64,000 nucleotides of DNA from an uncultured virus (IMG/VR IMGVR_UViG_3300029953_000003) (lineage: Duplodnaviria > Heunggongvirae > Uroviricota > Caudoviricetes). Where the stretch lies: IMG/VR virus record IMGVR_UViG_3300029953_000003; one strand, 5' to 3'. The notes under the pieces are model-generated. The model was not told the DNA's origin. It saw only the letters and a program-made list of their open reading frames with translations, and made no database searches. Below, piece after piece: positions 43,948 through 54,858 of the stretch (position 1 is the stretch's first letter; every line of letters begins with the position of its first letter). The position numbers were made by a program, and so were the translations under genes.

Positions 43948-44541
43948 CGGCGCGATCCTACACGATTCAGCGAGCGCAGGAAGGCTTGGGGCTACCCGCC
44001 CCCAGCTTCTGGCGCGACACGCTCGCCGGGCATCTTGGGGCGGTACTCGTAGGCCGCGTCAGGGGCACCGTTTTTCCCTCGCCAGGCTCGCCGCGAGATC
44101 TGGCCGCTTCGAAAGAGGCTGGCCAGCGTCACGGCCTCGGCGCGCGGATGGCGCCCGTCTGCTCCGGCGCGGTACCAGTGCCCACCTAGCGCCCAGGCGC
44201 GCGCCACAGACGCGAGTGACTTTTGCTGGAGGCTCGTCATCAACGCCCTCTCCGCTCGCGGCAATGTTCCTTGTACCTGTCCAGGCTTGCCTGCTGATGT
44301 TCCGTCGACATCATCCTTGTTCCGTTGAGGCGGACGTCGCTAGCCTCGGTTTTTTTTGCCCGGTGTGGAGGCACGGTCGCGACAACGCAGCCAAAATCCG
44401 CGCGCTGTTCGCGAACGTCCAGTGCTCCGAGGTCGCTTCGGTTGCACGTCGGGCAGGTGAGGGTGCGGAAAGTCGCCTCGGCGCCGGTGACGGGCACAGT
44501 GCGGCCAGCGCCCAGGCAAATCTCCGGCGCGAGGCGTGCCA

Positions 44542-44848
44542 TCATACCCCTCCTGACCCCGCACGGTAGCGGGTGATGCCCGCAGGCAAGGCGTGGCACA
44601 TTCCGTCGACGATCTCGGCCAGCTTCTTCTCCACCAGGATCGCCTGGAGCTGCGAGCGGAGCTCGGTGATCGGCGCCTGCGGCCCGCGCATGAGCCGCCC
44701 GAGCTCCAGACGCTGGTTGGGGGTCAGCGCCACCGTGAGCGGGTCGGGAGGCGGAGACTTCACGACGACGGGCGGAGACGCCGGGACTGTGCGGAGCGGG
44801 CCCCCGGTCTGGAGGAGGCTGAGGACATCGGACTGGTGGTTGGTCATG
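44542..44848 (-). CDS. small wHTH-like hypothetical protein
   Basis: LTPNQRLEL..LVEKKLA..LPAG. Confidence 0.45.
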
Positions 44849-45097
44849 CGTCGCTCAAGATTCAATAGGAGATGCCACGAGAGGTTCAGCGTGCAGCCTC
44901 GCCCGAAAACGGGAGAGCAGTCAAGGTCCCGTCATTCATTCCGAAGCGACCAACGCTCGCTGGGCCTTCAGCGTCAAGCCAGTAAACCGTGCGACCCTTC
45001 GCGATCCAGGCGCGAGCCGTCTCGGCTTGGGCGATTCGATCGTACGGACCATGAGCGACGATCATGTGGTCGGACAGAATTTCAACCAAATAGTGAA

Positions 45098-45511
45098 TCA
45101 CTCTCGGCTCCATCCATGTGTGCCGATAAGCATGTTGGCTGCCAAGGTGACGGCATCGATCGTCCCCGCGGCCAGCTCGCGCCCCGATGCGCGAACAAGC
45201 AGCGCCGCTCGCCCATACGGCAGCGCCTTCACCACGTAAATGGACTCTTTCTTGACCTCAACAGAAAGAACGATCGCGTGGTCTTCCTCCTTTTTCTTGT
45301 CCCATCCCCTCTTTCGCATGAGCTTTCCGAGCTCGGGGTCCTCCGCGACTCGGCTCTCGTCAAGCCGCCGGATTGCGCGGAGCAGGCTCCGGTAGCCGCC
45401 ATCGAAGCCCAGCGCAACGGCGGCCGCGCTGGTGTTCCCGCCGGCGGCAAGCAGCGCCGCTTGGATAGCGCAGCGAGCCGCTGCGTCAGTGGCGCAGCTC
45501 AGCGTCGTCAC
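45098..45511 (-). CDS. Fis-type HTH protein
   Basis: IQAALLAAGGNTSAAAVALG..RSLLRAIRRL. Confidence 0.6.
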   Translation of the reverse strand: MTTLSCATDAAARCAIQAALLAAGGNTSAAAVALGFDGGYRSLLRAIRRLDESRVAEDPELGKLMRKRGWDKKKEEDHAIVLSVEVKKESIYVVKALPYGRAALLVRASGRELAAGTIDAVTLAANMLIGTHGWSRE

Positions 45512-46203
45512 TCCGCGCCCTCCGTCGAGAGCGACAGGGAAAGGGGCTCGAGCCTGACCAATGGATCCTCCAGATCCATGCGAAGGGCCTCACGCGCGAT
45601 CTCCTCGTTCGCCAGGCTGGCCTCTTTCGCGTCCGGGAGACGCGGCGTCCTCTCGAACGTGATCTTGTGCACGCCGCCGAGGCGCAGCACGGAGGCCGCA
45701 GCCGACGGGCGATAGTAGACACGCATTCCCCAACGCTCGACCGCGACGCCCACGGTTCTGTCCAGCTCTCGCCGAGGAACACCGGGAAGGCCCACGCGGC
45801 GCCACTGCATCGCAAGCGCCTCGTATCCAGGGCAGACCAGCTCCCACAAGCGCACGGTGGGAACACTGGCCAGCGGAACGAGCGCGGTGCCGCCAGAGGT
45901 ATCGAGGAGCATGATGAATCGACCGCCTGGCATCTTGGTCGTGCGGAAATCCTTGTGGGTCGCCTTCCACGCGGCGCTCTCGAGCGCGCTACGCTGCTTC
46001 GCCTCCATTCGGCGCCCATCCATGAGGGCCATGCGCACTCCCAGAAAGTGGGGCTCGACAGAGAGGAGCTCACCATCGACCGAAGCGATCGAGGCGACCG
46101 CTTCCTCCTCCGTCTCCCACCACGTTGCGCCAGTGCGCCACGCAAGCGTCGGGTCAATCTTCGACAGCGCCATGTCTCTCGTCATCGTAGGCATGCGATG
46201 CAC
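45508..46203 (-). CDS. hypothetical protein
   Basis: long ORF containing AWKATHKDFR. Confidence 0.55.
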   Translation of the reverse strand: MHRMPTMTRDMALSKIDPTLAWRTGATWWETEEEAVASIASVDGELLSVEPHFLGVRMALMDGRRMEAKQRSALESAAWKATHKDFRTTKMPGGRFIMLLDTSGGTALVPLASVPTVRLWELVCPGYEALAMQWRRVGLPGVPRRELDRTVGVAVERWGMRVYYRPSAAASVLRLGGVHKITFERTPRLPDAKEASLANEEIAREALRMDLEDPLVRLEPLSLSLSTEGAE

Positions 46204-46211
46204 CGAACGGG

Positions 46212-46541
46212 CTACGCGGCGACGGCCTGGCGCTGACGCCAGGCTTCGATCGCGTCGTCAGCGTCCCACACCCGCCCCGCCTCTCGGGTCGCCTGCTCAT
46301 CGAGCAGGATCCTGTCCGCTTCTTTCGATGCAAGGCGCCTTTCCTCGGAAGAGGAGCCCAGCGCGGTGAATCCAGCAACGAGCGCTCCGCGTGCCCGGTC
46401 GAAGCGCGGGGCCGTCTTTGCCACATGGTTCGCATGGCCGCCGGCCGCGCGAATCTGGTTCATGTGGGCGCACTGAGCCGCCAAATGCGCGGCGTGGTAC
46501 TCGACGAAAAGCGGCACGAGAGCGAGGATGGTGGCGTTCAT
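46212..46541 (-). CDS. hypothetical protein
   Basis: AGGAGAAAG RBS. Confidence 0.55.
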   Translation of the reverse strand: MNATILALVPLFVEYHAAHLAAQCAHMNQIRAAGGHANHVAKTAPRFDRARGALVAGFTALGSSSEERRLASKEADRILLDEQATREAGRVWDADDAIEAWRQRQAVAA

Positions 46542-46697
46542 GGCGGCTCTTTCTCCTGGGTCTTGTCCCCGGCGAGAATGAGCTTAGGTCCTGCCGGTCC
46601 TACTGTCAAGTTCTCGTTTTGGCTTCCTGCGTCACATCTTTCACGTTCGCCTCTTCTGCCCTGTGGCTCAACGGCTCAACGGCAAAGCTATTTCCTC

Positions 46698-46764
46698 GCG
46701 AACATCGTGAGCCGCGGGGTCCAGGGCCCAGGCCCTGGCGGGGGTGCCGGGGGCGGAGCCCCTG
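46698..46764 (+). repeat. palindromic element copy 14
   Basis: near-identical to copy 7. Confidence 0.95.
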
Positions 46765-47766
46765 GCGCTCTCCCGCTACGGCGAGAGCCCGAAGCGGGCG
46801 GCGTGACGTCGGACGACCCTGGCCTGGTAGGCGCGGGCGGCGGCGACATCGGCGGCGGTGAGGTCGCTGGGGAGGAGCATGAAGTCGCCGGCGGGGCAGC
46901 CGACGATGGCGGCGCCCGCGACGAGCCACCGAAGGGGGAGCTTCCAGAGCGGCTCAGGAAGCTTGTGGTTGGCGTTCATGGTCGACCGTTTACACGTTGC
47001 AACGCGTCAAGAGTAGCACGCGCCCGAGGCCCGAGAACCATCGCGACGCGCGGCGTCGGCGCCGGGGCAGAGCGTTTCGTGGGCAGCGACCGCGAGCGCC
47101 TGGGATGGCCCGGCGGTTCTGTGGGCATCGGGCGTTTTATGGGCACAGCCGCCGCGCCGTCTCCTCCCTCGTCCACTCCCAAGCCGAAGCTGTGCCCGCA
47201 CTGCAAGCCGGCGTGGAGCGAGACGCCGCCGAAAAGCCCTGCACGGCCAGCCGGCACGATGCGCCACCACTCGAAATCGCGGTAGAGTCAAGTCTAATCG
47301 GAAGAAACTTTTTACAGTGTCCTTACATAAGGGACGTAAGAGCCGAGCAACGTCGTGAAACGTACGCGACGTACACGTGGCGCAAAGCGCCATGGCCGCA
47401 GAGCTTGCGGTGGGCAAGTTTTTTTTTGCCAAAAAGCTTGCCCGCCTTGGCGGTAGTGCTTTAGGTGTTAGCTCGGGCTCGGACCTGTCTGAACCCACAA
47501 AGGAGACCGCGCGCGCTCGTTCAAGCACGCGCGGCAACAGAAGTAGCGCTCGCTTGGACGAGCACGCGCCTTGCCTTAGAAAGTACGGCTGCATCAATGC
47601 GGAACAGCCGTGGGGTGTCGGACATCTATGCCCGCCACCGGCAACAATCCACCGTCAAAGATCTGACAGGGGACACGCTGACGGCATGCCAAGCGAGCGC
47701 TAACTTGCTAACGGTATGCTACCACACAACAAACCGATGCCGATACTGGCACGGGAAGACGAAGCC

Positions 47767-48120
47767 ATGACTACTCCTCAAACGTTCTCCGTAAGCGTCC
47801 TGCTTCATAAGGACGGGGACGCTTGGGTTGCGCAATGCATCGAACGCGATGTAGCTGCGCAAGGGCGCACCGCCGACGAAGCCAAGCAGCGTTTTCTCAA
47901 TACGCTCGCGGACCAAATCTTGCTCGACATGGCGACCAACAAGGAGCCTCTCGTGCATCTCAACCCGGCGCCGAGCCGATATGCGATGAGGAACGAGTCT
48001 TCCGGGCCGACGCTGCCGACGTACGTGCCGGTTACGAAGGAACCTCGTATGCTCGTCCTGGTTACACAGCGGGGCGAAACTCGCGGGACCGCTACGTTCC
48101 TCGAAGAAGCAGCGGCATGA
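47767..48120 (+). CDS. HicB-like antitoxin
   Basis: LLHKDGDAWVAQCIERDVAAQGRTADEAKQRF HicB partial RNase H-fold pattern. Confidence 0.75.
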   Translation: MTTPQTFSVSVLLHKDGDAWVAQCIERDVAAQGRTADEAKQRFLNTLADQILLDMATNKEPLVHLNPAPSRYAMRNESSGPTLPTYVPVTKEPRMLVLVTQRGETRGTATFLEEAAA

Positions 48121-48536
48121 ATTCGCAACGTCCAAGCGGGAAAGAAGTCAGGCGGCGCCTGTTCGAACACGGCTGCCAAGAGGGCTCCGTGCCCATCTTT
48201 CCCGGAATGGACAACGAGGACAGCCCCAAGATCCGGCGCATCGTCAACCCTGCGAACGGTATGTCGATCCCGTCCGCGCACCTTCCGGAAGATGACGAAG
48301 AGATCTCTCCGTCGCTGCTGTCCCACATCTGCGATCGCCTCGGATTTTTGCATGATTCGATCAAGCTTGATTGCAACGACGGAAGCTCGGTCAGCGTAAA
48401 AGTCCCCGATGGCGGTGGACACCACCACTCCAGCGCGAGCGCTGAGGTCCATCACCTAACAGATCGTTCTCGGTCCGCCGCCAAGCGGGCGTCAGCAGCC
48501 TCTCCGGGCCATCCTCCGAGAACGGGTCGGAAATAG
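48117..48536 (+). CDS. HicA-like toxin candidate
   Basis: SGKEVRRRLFEHGC..EISPSLLSHICDRLG; ATGA-coupled to hicB; canonical GSH motif not evident. Confidence 0.5.
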   Translation: MNSQRPSGKEVRRRLFEHGCQEGSVPIFPGMDNEDSPKIRRIVNPANGMSIPSAHLPEDDEEISPSLLSHICDRLGFLHDSIKLDCNDGSSVSVKVPDGGGHHHSSASAEVHHLTDRSRSAAKRASAASPGHPPRTGRK

Positions 48537-49128
48537 TTGAGACGCAAACTCGCCCGCCGCGCCTTGCGGCGGGCTTTTGGTAGGCGGCGACGTGCGACGG
48601 GCGCCCGGCACGCCAGATGCTGCTCCCGTGGCTAGCCGTGCCAGGCGAGCGGAAAGGCTGGGCGCAGGGGGCTGCGTAGGTCCGGCGCCTCCGTTGCCCG
48701 CGAGGTCGCCCGGCGTGCGGCCCCGTGCTGGTCCCGGACGCGCCGCCGGGCAACCCTTGCGGGCCGCCATCCGTCGTGGGTAGGGCGGTGCGCGTCGGAG
48801 AGCTGGCTGCGCATGCCCGCGAGACGGGCACCGCCGGAACGCCCCGCAAGGCGAAGCGGTTGGACGTTCCGATCGCGATGGCGGCAGAGTTTAGGGCCGC
48901 CCCGGCGACGCCGCGGCCTCCCACGCGGCTTGACCTAACCGTGTGATGGCACGATGCTTGCCACCTAAGCTTCCGTAAAACCGTTTGACAATCGTCCGGG
49001 CAATGAGCAACATTACGCTGCCGAGCAGGTTGACAACCTGTTTTCGGATGTTAGGGGACGCACGAACGGTGCACGCTCCTTGCATGGACAAACCCGCAGG
49101 TCAAGACAACCCGTGGGTCGAGCAGACG

Positions 49129-49301
49129 TGCCAGGCAGGCGCTCGCCTGCAAGGTATGCTACAATACAACAGACCGCTCTATGACTGGGGCGGGAAGACG
49201 AAGCCATGACTACTCCTCAAACGTTCTCCGTGGGCGTCCTGTCTCACAAGGATGACGCTTGGGTTACACAGCGCCCCGAACGCGACATGAGGAGGGGGTA
49301 G
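49129..49301 (+). pseudogene. duplicated hicB promoter/leader with a 31-codon truncated hicB copy
   Basis: similar to 47688-47850; reads MTTPQTFSVGVLSHKDDAWVTQRPERDMRRG*. Confidence 0.75.
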
Positions 49302-49306
49302 GTTCT

Positions 49307-49858
49307 GTGAAAAACGATCGCCTCGCCAACTCAGTCCTCTACCTGCTCCGTGGGTGCCCTGATGCTGGACTCACGAAGCTCCTGAAGCTCCTGTACCATG
49401 CGGACTACCTCCATTACCGAGAGCATCTGAGCACCATCACTGGGGCAACCTACGTCGCGCTTGAGCGCGGCCCTGTGGTCGACGGTTACAAGGAAGAGTT
49501 CGAGGCGCTGGAGGGACGCGGAATCCTGTCGACGCGAGAGAAGCGGGTGCTCGGGCATGACAAGCTGAAGAAGGAATACCTTCCGCTGGTTGAGCCGAAC
49601 CTGACCGCGTTTGACGAGGATGAACTGGCCACGTTGGACGAAGTGTTGTTGAGGTACGGCAACATGTCCGGCCTGGCTCTCAGCCGAATGACGCACGAAG
49701 AAGCTCTGCCGTGGTCGTTCGTGTGGGATGAGAAACAGCCAGGTGGAGCGATCCCGCCTGCACTCTTCCGCTGGCTCGACAACATGGCCGATGAACGCGA
49801 CCTGGAGATCTCGAAAAGCCGCGTCGCGGCCATGACGAGGGATGCCGGGGCTCACTGA
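49307..49858 (+). CDS. Panacea (DUF4065/SocA/GepA) antitoxin
   Basis: TKLLKLLYHADY..ITGATYVALERGPV..YGNMSGLALSRMTHEE..PW. Confidence 0.88.
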   Translation: MKNDRLANSVLYLLRGCPDAGLTKLLKLLYHADYLHYREHLSTITGATYVALERGPVVDGYKEEFEALEGRGILSTREKRVLGHDKLKKEYLPLVEPNLTAFDEDELATLDEVLLRYGNMSGLALSRMTHEEALPWSFVWDEKQPGGAIPPALFRWLDNMADERDLEISKSRVAAMTRDAGAH

Positions 49859-50166
49859 TGGCGAGAGCGATCGTAAAGCGGGACCGTTCGTTTGACGATC
49901 GCTTGCGCGAGCTTGAGGAACGCTACCCTGGAGTGCGTCAGGCCGCTGAGGACTTCATCGCTGTGCTCAAGATCAGCGGCGAGGACCTTCCAGCACAGCG
50001 TTTCGACAACAAGCGGGTCCACGCAGTGGACGATCTCAGTGCGGGTCGCCAGGGGCGTGGCAGATTCGGCGTCACATTCGAGTTGACCGTATCGGCAAAC
50101 CCGGTGTCGACCTTTACCATGCTCGACATTTGGGTCCGGGATCGCGACCTTCCCGATCCTTCGTGA
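49858..50166 (+). CDS. RelE-like toxin candidate paired with Panacea
   Basis: coupled stop/start; F..RLREL..RYP..GRQGRGRFGVTF. Confidence 0.55.
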   Translation: MARAIVKRDRSFDDRLRELEERYPGVRQAAEDFIAVLKISGEDLPAQRFDNKRVHAVDDLSAGRQGRGRFGVTFELTVSANPVSTFTMLDIWVRDRDLPDPS

Positions 50167-51561
50167 TCGCCACAGCGTTGCCAGCGGACGGGCTCTTGGT
50201 AGGTGGCGCTGGCGGTAAAGGGAGCCGCCGCGCACGGCTGCCGCCCCATCAGTGCTAGAGGCTGCCGCCGTTCCATGCGAGATGGCCCGGCAACGCGCTT
50301 GTAGCGCTTGCGGATTCGCTCCTCCGTGCGCTCGGCGCCCCCGAGCCGAAGGGGGAAGGGGGTACGCTGCCCCGATCGGGTGCGCTTAGCCGGCTTTGGG
50401 GGGCCCATTCGGAGCGAATGCGTACTGAGCGTCCCCCGCTACTTCTCGAATCGACCGATCTCGCGCCTCGTCTGCGGTCACCGGAGGCGGACGGTTCGCG
50501 GGCGGAGAGATCATCTGGGGCGACCTGACAGGTACGCCGAGCTGGGTGGCGACCGTTCGGAGACCCTCTCCAAATAAGTCTCGGCTCTCCAGCGCCTTGA
50601 CGCGCCGCTCCAGTGCTTCGATCCGGGCCAGGGCGCTCTTGAGATCATCGTCGGACGTACTCATCGCCTTGTCATGGTCCGACACGTGACGCTGGTCAAG
50701 CGGTGCCCGCTCGCCTGCTCAGTTCTCACTGCAAGGCGGGCCGCTGGTGTGGTAGCGGGTGCTCCACGTCCGGCACCGTCCAGCTTGCCCGTGAGGCGCG
50801 TCCAGAGCTGTCTCGACGAACACGCGCTTGCGGAGGCGCTCTCTGTTCCTTGATCCCTTCACGGCGCTCACGCGGCCACCCCGACCCCCGCCAGCTTGCC
50901 GGAGAGGAGCGCGTCCACCGGCACCTTGGCGAACGCAGCGAGGCAGACGGCCGCGGCGCACACGAATCTGCCGCACCGGCTCCCTGGACCCCGAAGAGTG
51001 GGCTACGCGGCGTCAAGGGGAACGGCTCCCGAGCGAAGCTAGGCACGGGCGTTGCTTGCGAGTCGCCGCTTTGGGGCACTCCTGCCTTTCTGAGGCAGAC
51101 GCTTCTTCTGAGGCAAAGCCAGAGAAGGTCCGCGCTCGCGGCATGACCATCCGTGGCCGGATCGGTGTAGCGAGACTGCACTCGTGTGGCTCTTTGTCAC
51201 ACATGACGCCATCAGCAGATCGCGAATATCACGAAACAAAAGCGACAGAAAAACCAAATCCCGCCCCATGAAGAGCCGGAGGACGACGATGGGCCCGACC
51301 GGAGAGGTCCCGTCGCCTCGCCGTAGGGCTCCCGTCAGCTCGGGGGAGCAGGCGCGCCGGTGTGTATGCCGAACGGGGCGAGGCGGCGCAGAAGGCGCGG
51401 CTGTGGTGGATGCGCTGCACAGGCGTGAGCGTCGCCTCGTCGGTGAGCACCCAAGCCTCCGCGACCAAGGGGCACAGCTCTCGCGTAGGCCGTGAGCGCG
51501 GCCAGGTCGGTGGTCTCCACGGGGCAGCCCATCCGCTCCCGCTCCGCGCCACGTGAGCGGC

Positions 51562-52377
51562 TCACGCGCCAGGCCGGCGCCAACGGCGAGCTTGCCGGTG
51601 AGCGGCACGTCGACGGGCGCAGCGTGTAGGCGGCGAGCCCGGCGCCTGCCCGTGTCGCCCCACCACTGCTCGCCGTGGCGCCTGAAGCCCGCCGCGGCGG
51701 CTGGTCGGCGGCTGTGCTCTCTTCGTGAAAGCCAAGGGCCCGCCGGCGTCGAACGTCGTCAGGCCGCCGCAAACCAGTGCAAACCCGGCCGCTGACGAGC
51801 TTGCCCGGCGATTGAAGAAGTTGCCCGGCGATTGATGGCGGCAACGGAATCGCCAGGCAAAGCCGCTTAGCGGCAGCGAGCTGACACCAGCGAAATCGAA
51901 TGCGTAGTAAGAGTAGCCGTGATCGAATCCACGAAAGATGGACGATGAATCGTAGTAGCCGTGGTCGAATCCACGAAAGATGGACGAGGAATCGTAGAGC
52001 CATCCGTAGAGAAGCTTACCGGAGAGCCCAATCGCCATGCTCTGCCAGGACGCCGGCGCAGTTGACGGCCAGTGTCTCTGGATTGCGTAGCACTCAGGAG
52101 GCTCGCACCCGAACGTCGCGCGGACGTAGGCGCGGTATGCCGGCCACGGCTCGTCCTGAACAGGGGCAAGTTGCGCGAGCTCGGCACGAACAAAGAACTC
52201 GCGCTCGAGCGCACGATCGAGCCCCTCGAGCGTGGGCGTAATCTGCGCGAAGATCCTGTCTGTGGTCGGCGTCCCGCCATAGTAGGGCCATGCAGGTGCG
52301 CCTTTTCGAAGCTCGTCGGCGTGGTAGAGTCGACGTCCATTCGGCTGTCCATCCGGCTTGATGTCTTCGCAATTCAT
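51562..52377 (-). CDS. hypothetical protein with 14-aa tandem duplication
   Basis: ATGA-coupled to the ParA-like gene. Confidence 0.5.
   Translation of the reverse strand: MNCEDIKPDGQPNGRRLYHADELRKGAPAWPYYGGTPTTDRIFAQITPTLEGLDRALEREFFVRAELAQLAPVQDEPWPAYRAYVRATFGCEPPECYAIQRHWPSTAPASWQSMAIGLSGKLLYGWLYDSSSIFRGFDHGYYDSSSIFRGFDHGYSYYAFDFAGVSSLPLSGFAWRFRCRHQSPGNFFNRRASSSAAGFALVCGGLTTFDAGGPLAFTKRAQPPTSRRGGLQAPRRAVVGRHGQAPGSPPTRCARRRAAHRQARRWRRPGA
51913..51996. repeat. 42-bp tandem duplication (YDSSSIFRGFDHGY x2)
   Basis: two units differing at 2 positions. Confidence 0.9.
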
Positions 52378-53204
52378 GAAGCGCCTTTCCGGTACGAGTC
52401 GACCACCTCGATCGCGTCGTTTTCAGCGAGCTCGGACCATCTGGCGACCGCAGCCCGGTCGGCCGTATCCTCACCAACGACGACCCTGATCTTCCAGTTG
52501 ACGTCCGCGTCGACAAGCGCGAGCGGCGTGCCTCCGTCGTCCGACAGATGTTGCATCGGCTTCTCCGAGAGGCGGAGTCCGATGCTGAGGATGGCGTGCG
52601 AGACACCATGAAAGCCCCTCGGGCAGTCGAAGACGACGCACGTCTCGCGGCCAGGGTGAAGCTCGAGGATCGCTGCGAGAAGGTGCTCCATTCGGCTCTC
52701 AATGAAAGCGGCGTGTCGCTCGTCAGCGACAATAGGCTCCATCCATCGAAGGTCGTTCGGGAGCGCGCTGCTCGGAATCACGCGGAGGTTCGGCGAGCTC
52801 CCGGCAGCGTGCCATGCGATGGCGCTGACGTGCACATCTTTGTCCCAATCCTTGGTCTGGAAAAGGATGTAGTCGTCGAGGAACGGCACGACGATGTCGT
52901 CCTTGAGCCCGCGCCGGGTCTGATGGCGAAGGGTCACCCGGCGCGTCGTCTCCTCCGGGCTGTAGAAGCTGTCCGGAGCCGCGAGCAGCGTCGCCGGCCG
53001 AACCGTGTCTGACGCGCTCCAGCGCGGCGCGCGGAGCGAGCCGCTATCCGCTCGGCTCGTGCCGAAAAAGTCCGTGTCGATCACGTAGACGCTCCGGCCA
53101 GGAACCTCGGCCGCTAGCATCACCGCAGCTCGGTTGGCGAGAGCCGATCGACCCACCCCACCCTTGACCGAGTGATAGGACTGGGCGATGAGCTTTGCCT
53201 TCAT
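52374..53204 (-). CDS. ParA/MinD-family ATPase (divergent)
   Basis: SVKGGVGRS, VIDTD, VFDCP. Confidence 0.75.
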   Translation of the reverse strand: MKAKLIAQSYHSVKGGVGRSALANRAAVMLAAEVPGRSVYVIDTDFFGTSRADSGSLRAPRWSASDTVRPATLLAAPDSFYSPEETTRRVTLRHQTRRGLKDDIVVPFLDDYILFQTKDWDKDVHVSAIAWHAAGSSPNLRVIPSSALPNDLRWMEPIVADERHAAFIESRMEHLLAAILELHPGRETCVVFDCPRGFHGVSHAILSIGLRLSEKPMQHLSDDGGTPLALVDADVNWKIRVVVGEDTADRAAVARWSELAENDAIEVVDSYRKGAS

Positions 53205-53213
53205 GGTTTCCTC

Positions 53214-53283
53214 GTAAACGAAGTGAGCTGTGGGGTCCAGGGCCACTGGCCCTGGCGCGGGGATTTGGGGGCGCGCAGCCCCC
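53214..53283 (+). repeat. palindromic element copy 15
   Basis: GTAAACGAAGTGAGC..CCAGGGCCACTGGCCCTGG..GGGGGCGCGCAGCCCCC; abuts the RBS of the ParA-like gene. Confidence 0.85.
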
Positions 53284-53834
53284 AAGCCTCTCGTCGCCTC
53301 ATGACGTCGCCTCGCCGCGGAGGAGCGCCGCGCGTTGCTTCAACGTGAAGACGGTGCCGAAGTTGGCTCCGCATCCAACGCATGCCTCGACGCCCAGGAT
53401 GACCCCATGCTTGTTCAGCGTCACTTCGGACGTCCAGGTGGGAGCCCATTGCTTCATGATCGCGTAGAACTGCACGCTCTCGAAGGTCGGCGAGAGGCAG
53501 TGGCCACACGGCATGTCGGGCCACTTTCCCGTAGCGTGTGAGCGAATCGTGTTTTCTTTCCGAAGCCTCTCGCAGAGCGCTTCGTCGCGCGTCCTGGAGA
53601 TGACGTTCGAGGAAGCGTCACGCACGACATAGCTGCTCGCCATCGCGCTGGGCGGGACCTGGACGGGGGAACCGTCCGCGAGGCACGGCACCCGACGCAC
53701 ACGGTTGCGGTCGTCGTCGCGCACCTCGGTCTGGCATCCTGGAAAGCGGATCGCAAGAAACATCGCGACCTCGTTGATGATCTCGACAGGAGAAAGCGAG
53801 TCGCCAACGACGGGAACGATATTGATAGCGAGCT

Positions 53835-54578
53835 TCACGGTGCCACCCTCGCGTCTCGCGCCTTGCGCCACGTCTCGAGCGCATCCGCAGCCGCCTCGAT
53901 CTCTTCGGGCTGGCGCATCACAGACGACCCGGCGTCGATCAAATCCGCGAAAAGGGCCGGAGAGAACGGATACGGATGAGCGGGATCGCCAGAGACCCCA
54001 TGGAGCCCGCGGAGCGCCTTCGATGCCGCATCGGCCGCAGCCAGGTAAGACGCCACGCTCTCGTTACGCACGGCGAACGCGAGCGCACGGAGCGCCGCGC
54101 ACGCGATCTTCGCGCCATCGGGCTCCTCTGCGACATCTGGGTCTTGCCCATCGCGAACGCCGCCCAGCGCGTCCACGATGTGGCGAAGCCACACCAGCGC
54201 GACGCCCGGCGAGGGCGAGCCGCCGGGACCGAAGAATGTCCCTCTCTTTGCGGTTTTCGCAGGCAGCGGCCATCCGCCGCGAAGCCACAGAACGTGCTCG
54301 TTCGCGTCGAGATGCCGGCGAGCCTTCTCGAGCTGCGTTCCTGCGAAATAGTCGGGGATCGCACGAGGCTTGAGCCACTCGGCAAAGCCGCCCGAACCGA
54401 TCCCTGTCGCGACCAGCCACTGGATCATCGCCGTTGGAATCCCGAGCACTTGCCTGCCTCGCTTGGGCGGCGTGACGGCCTCGAGCTCGAGAACCAGATC
54501 AGCCAGAGTGATCTCCGGCAAGACAACACGGTTGGACAGCATGGGCAGCAGACTATTCGTGCTACGCACGAACGTCAA
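53835..54578 (-). CDS. hypothetical protein
   Basis: long ORF, coupled to 53299-53838. Confidence 0.55.
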   Translation of the reverse strand: MTFVRSTNSLLPMLSNRVVLPEITLADLVLELEAVTPPKRGRQVLGIPTAMIQWLVATGIGSGGFAEWLKPRAIPDYFAGTQLEKARRHLDANEHVLWLRGGWPLPAKTAKRGTFFGPGGSPSPGVALVWLRHIVDALGGVRDGQDPDVAEEPDGAKIACAALRALAFAVRNESVASYLAAADAASKALRGLHGVSGDPAHPYPFSPALFADLIDAGSSVMRQPEEIEAAADALETWRKARDARVAP

Positions 54579-54858
54579 GCGCGGCGCGTGAAGCGGCCTG
54601 TCGTTTCGGCGGCATCATCCCACGCGCCGATCGGCGGAGCTTTCGGGACCTTCCAGAAGATTCCAAGCGTTACGAGGACGTACAGCACCATGTCTGCAAC
54701 ATCAAAGAACACGCTGACCATGGACACGTTCATGAAAGCGCACCCGACGAGTACGCCGACGACCAGTGCAGCCGCAATCGCTGACACCGTCAGATGCCTC
54801 GCGAGTGCCCTGCGACGAATCTCCAGAAACGGATCGACCGGGATCTTGCGGTACGGGC

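Noticed and set aside
48933..49056. Integron attC site (ACCTAAC..GTTAGGG) near the TA cassettes
   Set aside because: No internal L-box inverted symmetry and no integrase in the window.
50976..51150. Possible ncRNA or element fragment (CCCTGGACCCC; TTCTGAGGCA x2)
   Set aside because: The match is too short and I could not support a coherent structure.
51913..51996. DGR template/variable repeat pair
   Set aside because: A simple adjacent tandem duplication, with no reverse transcriptase in the window.
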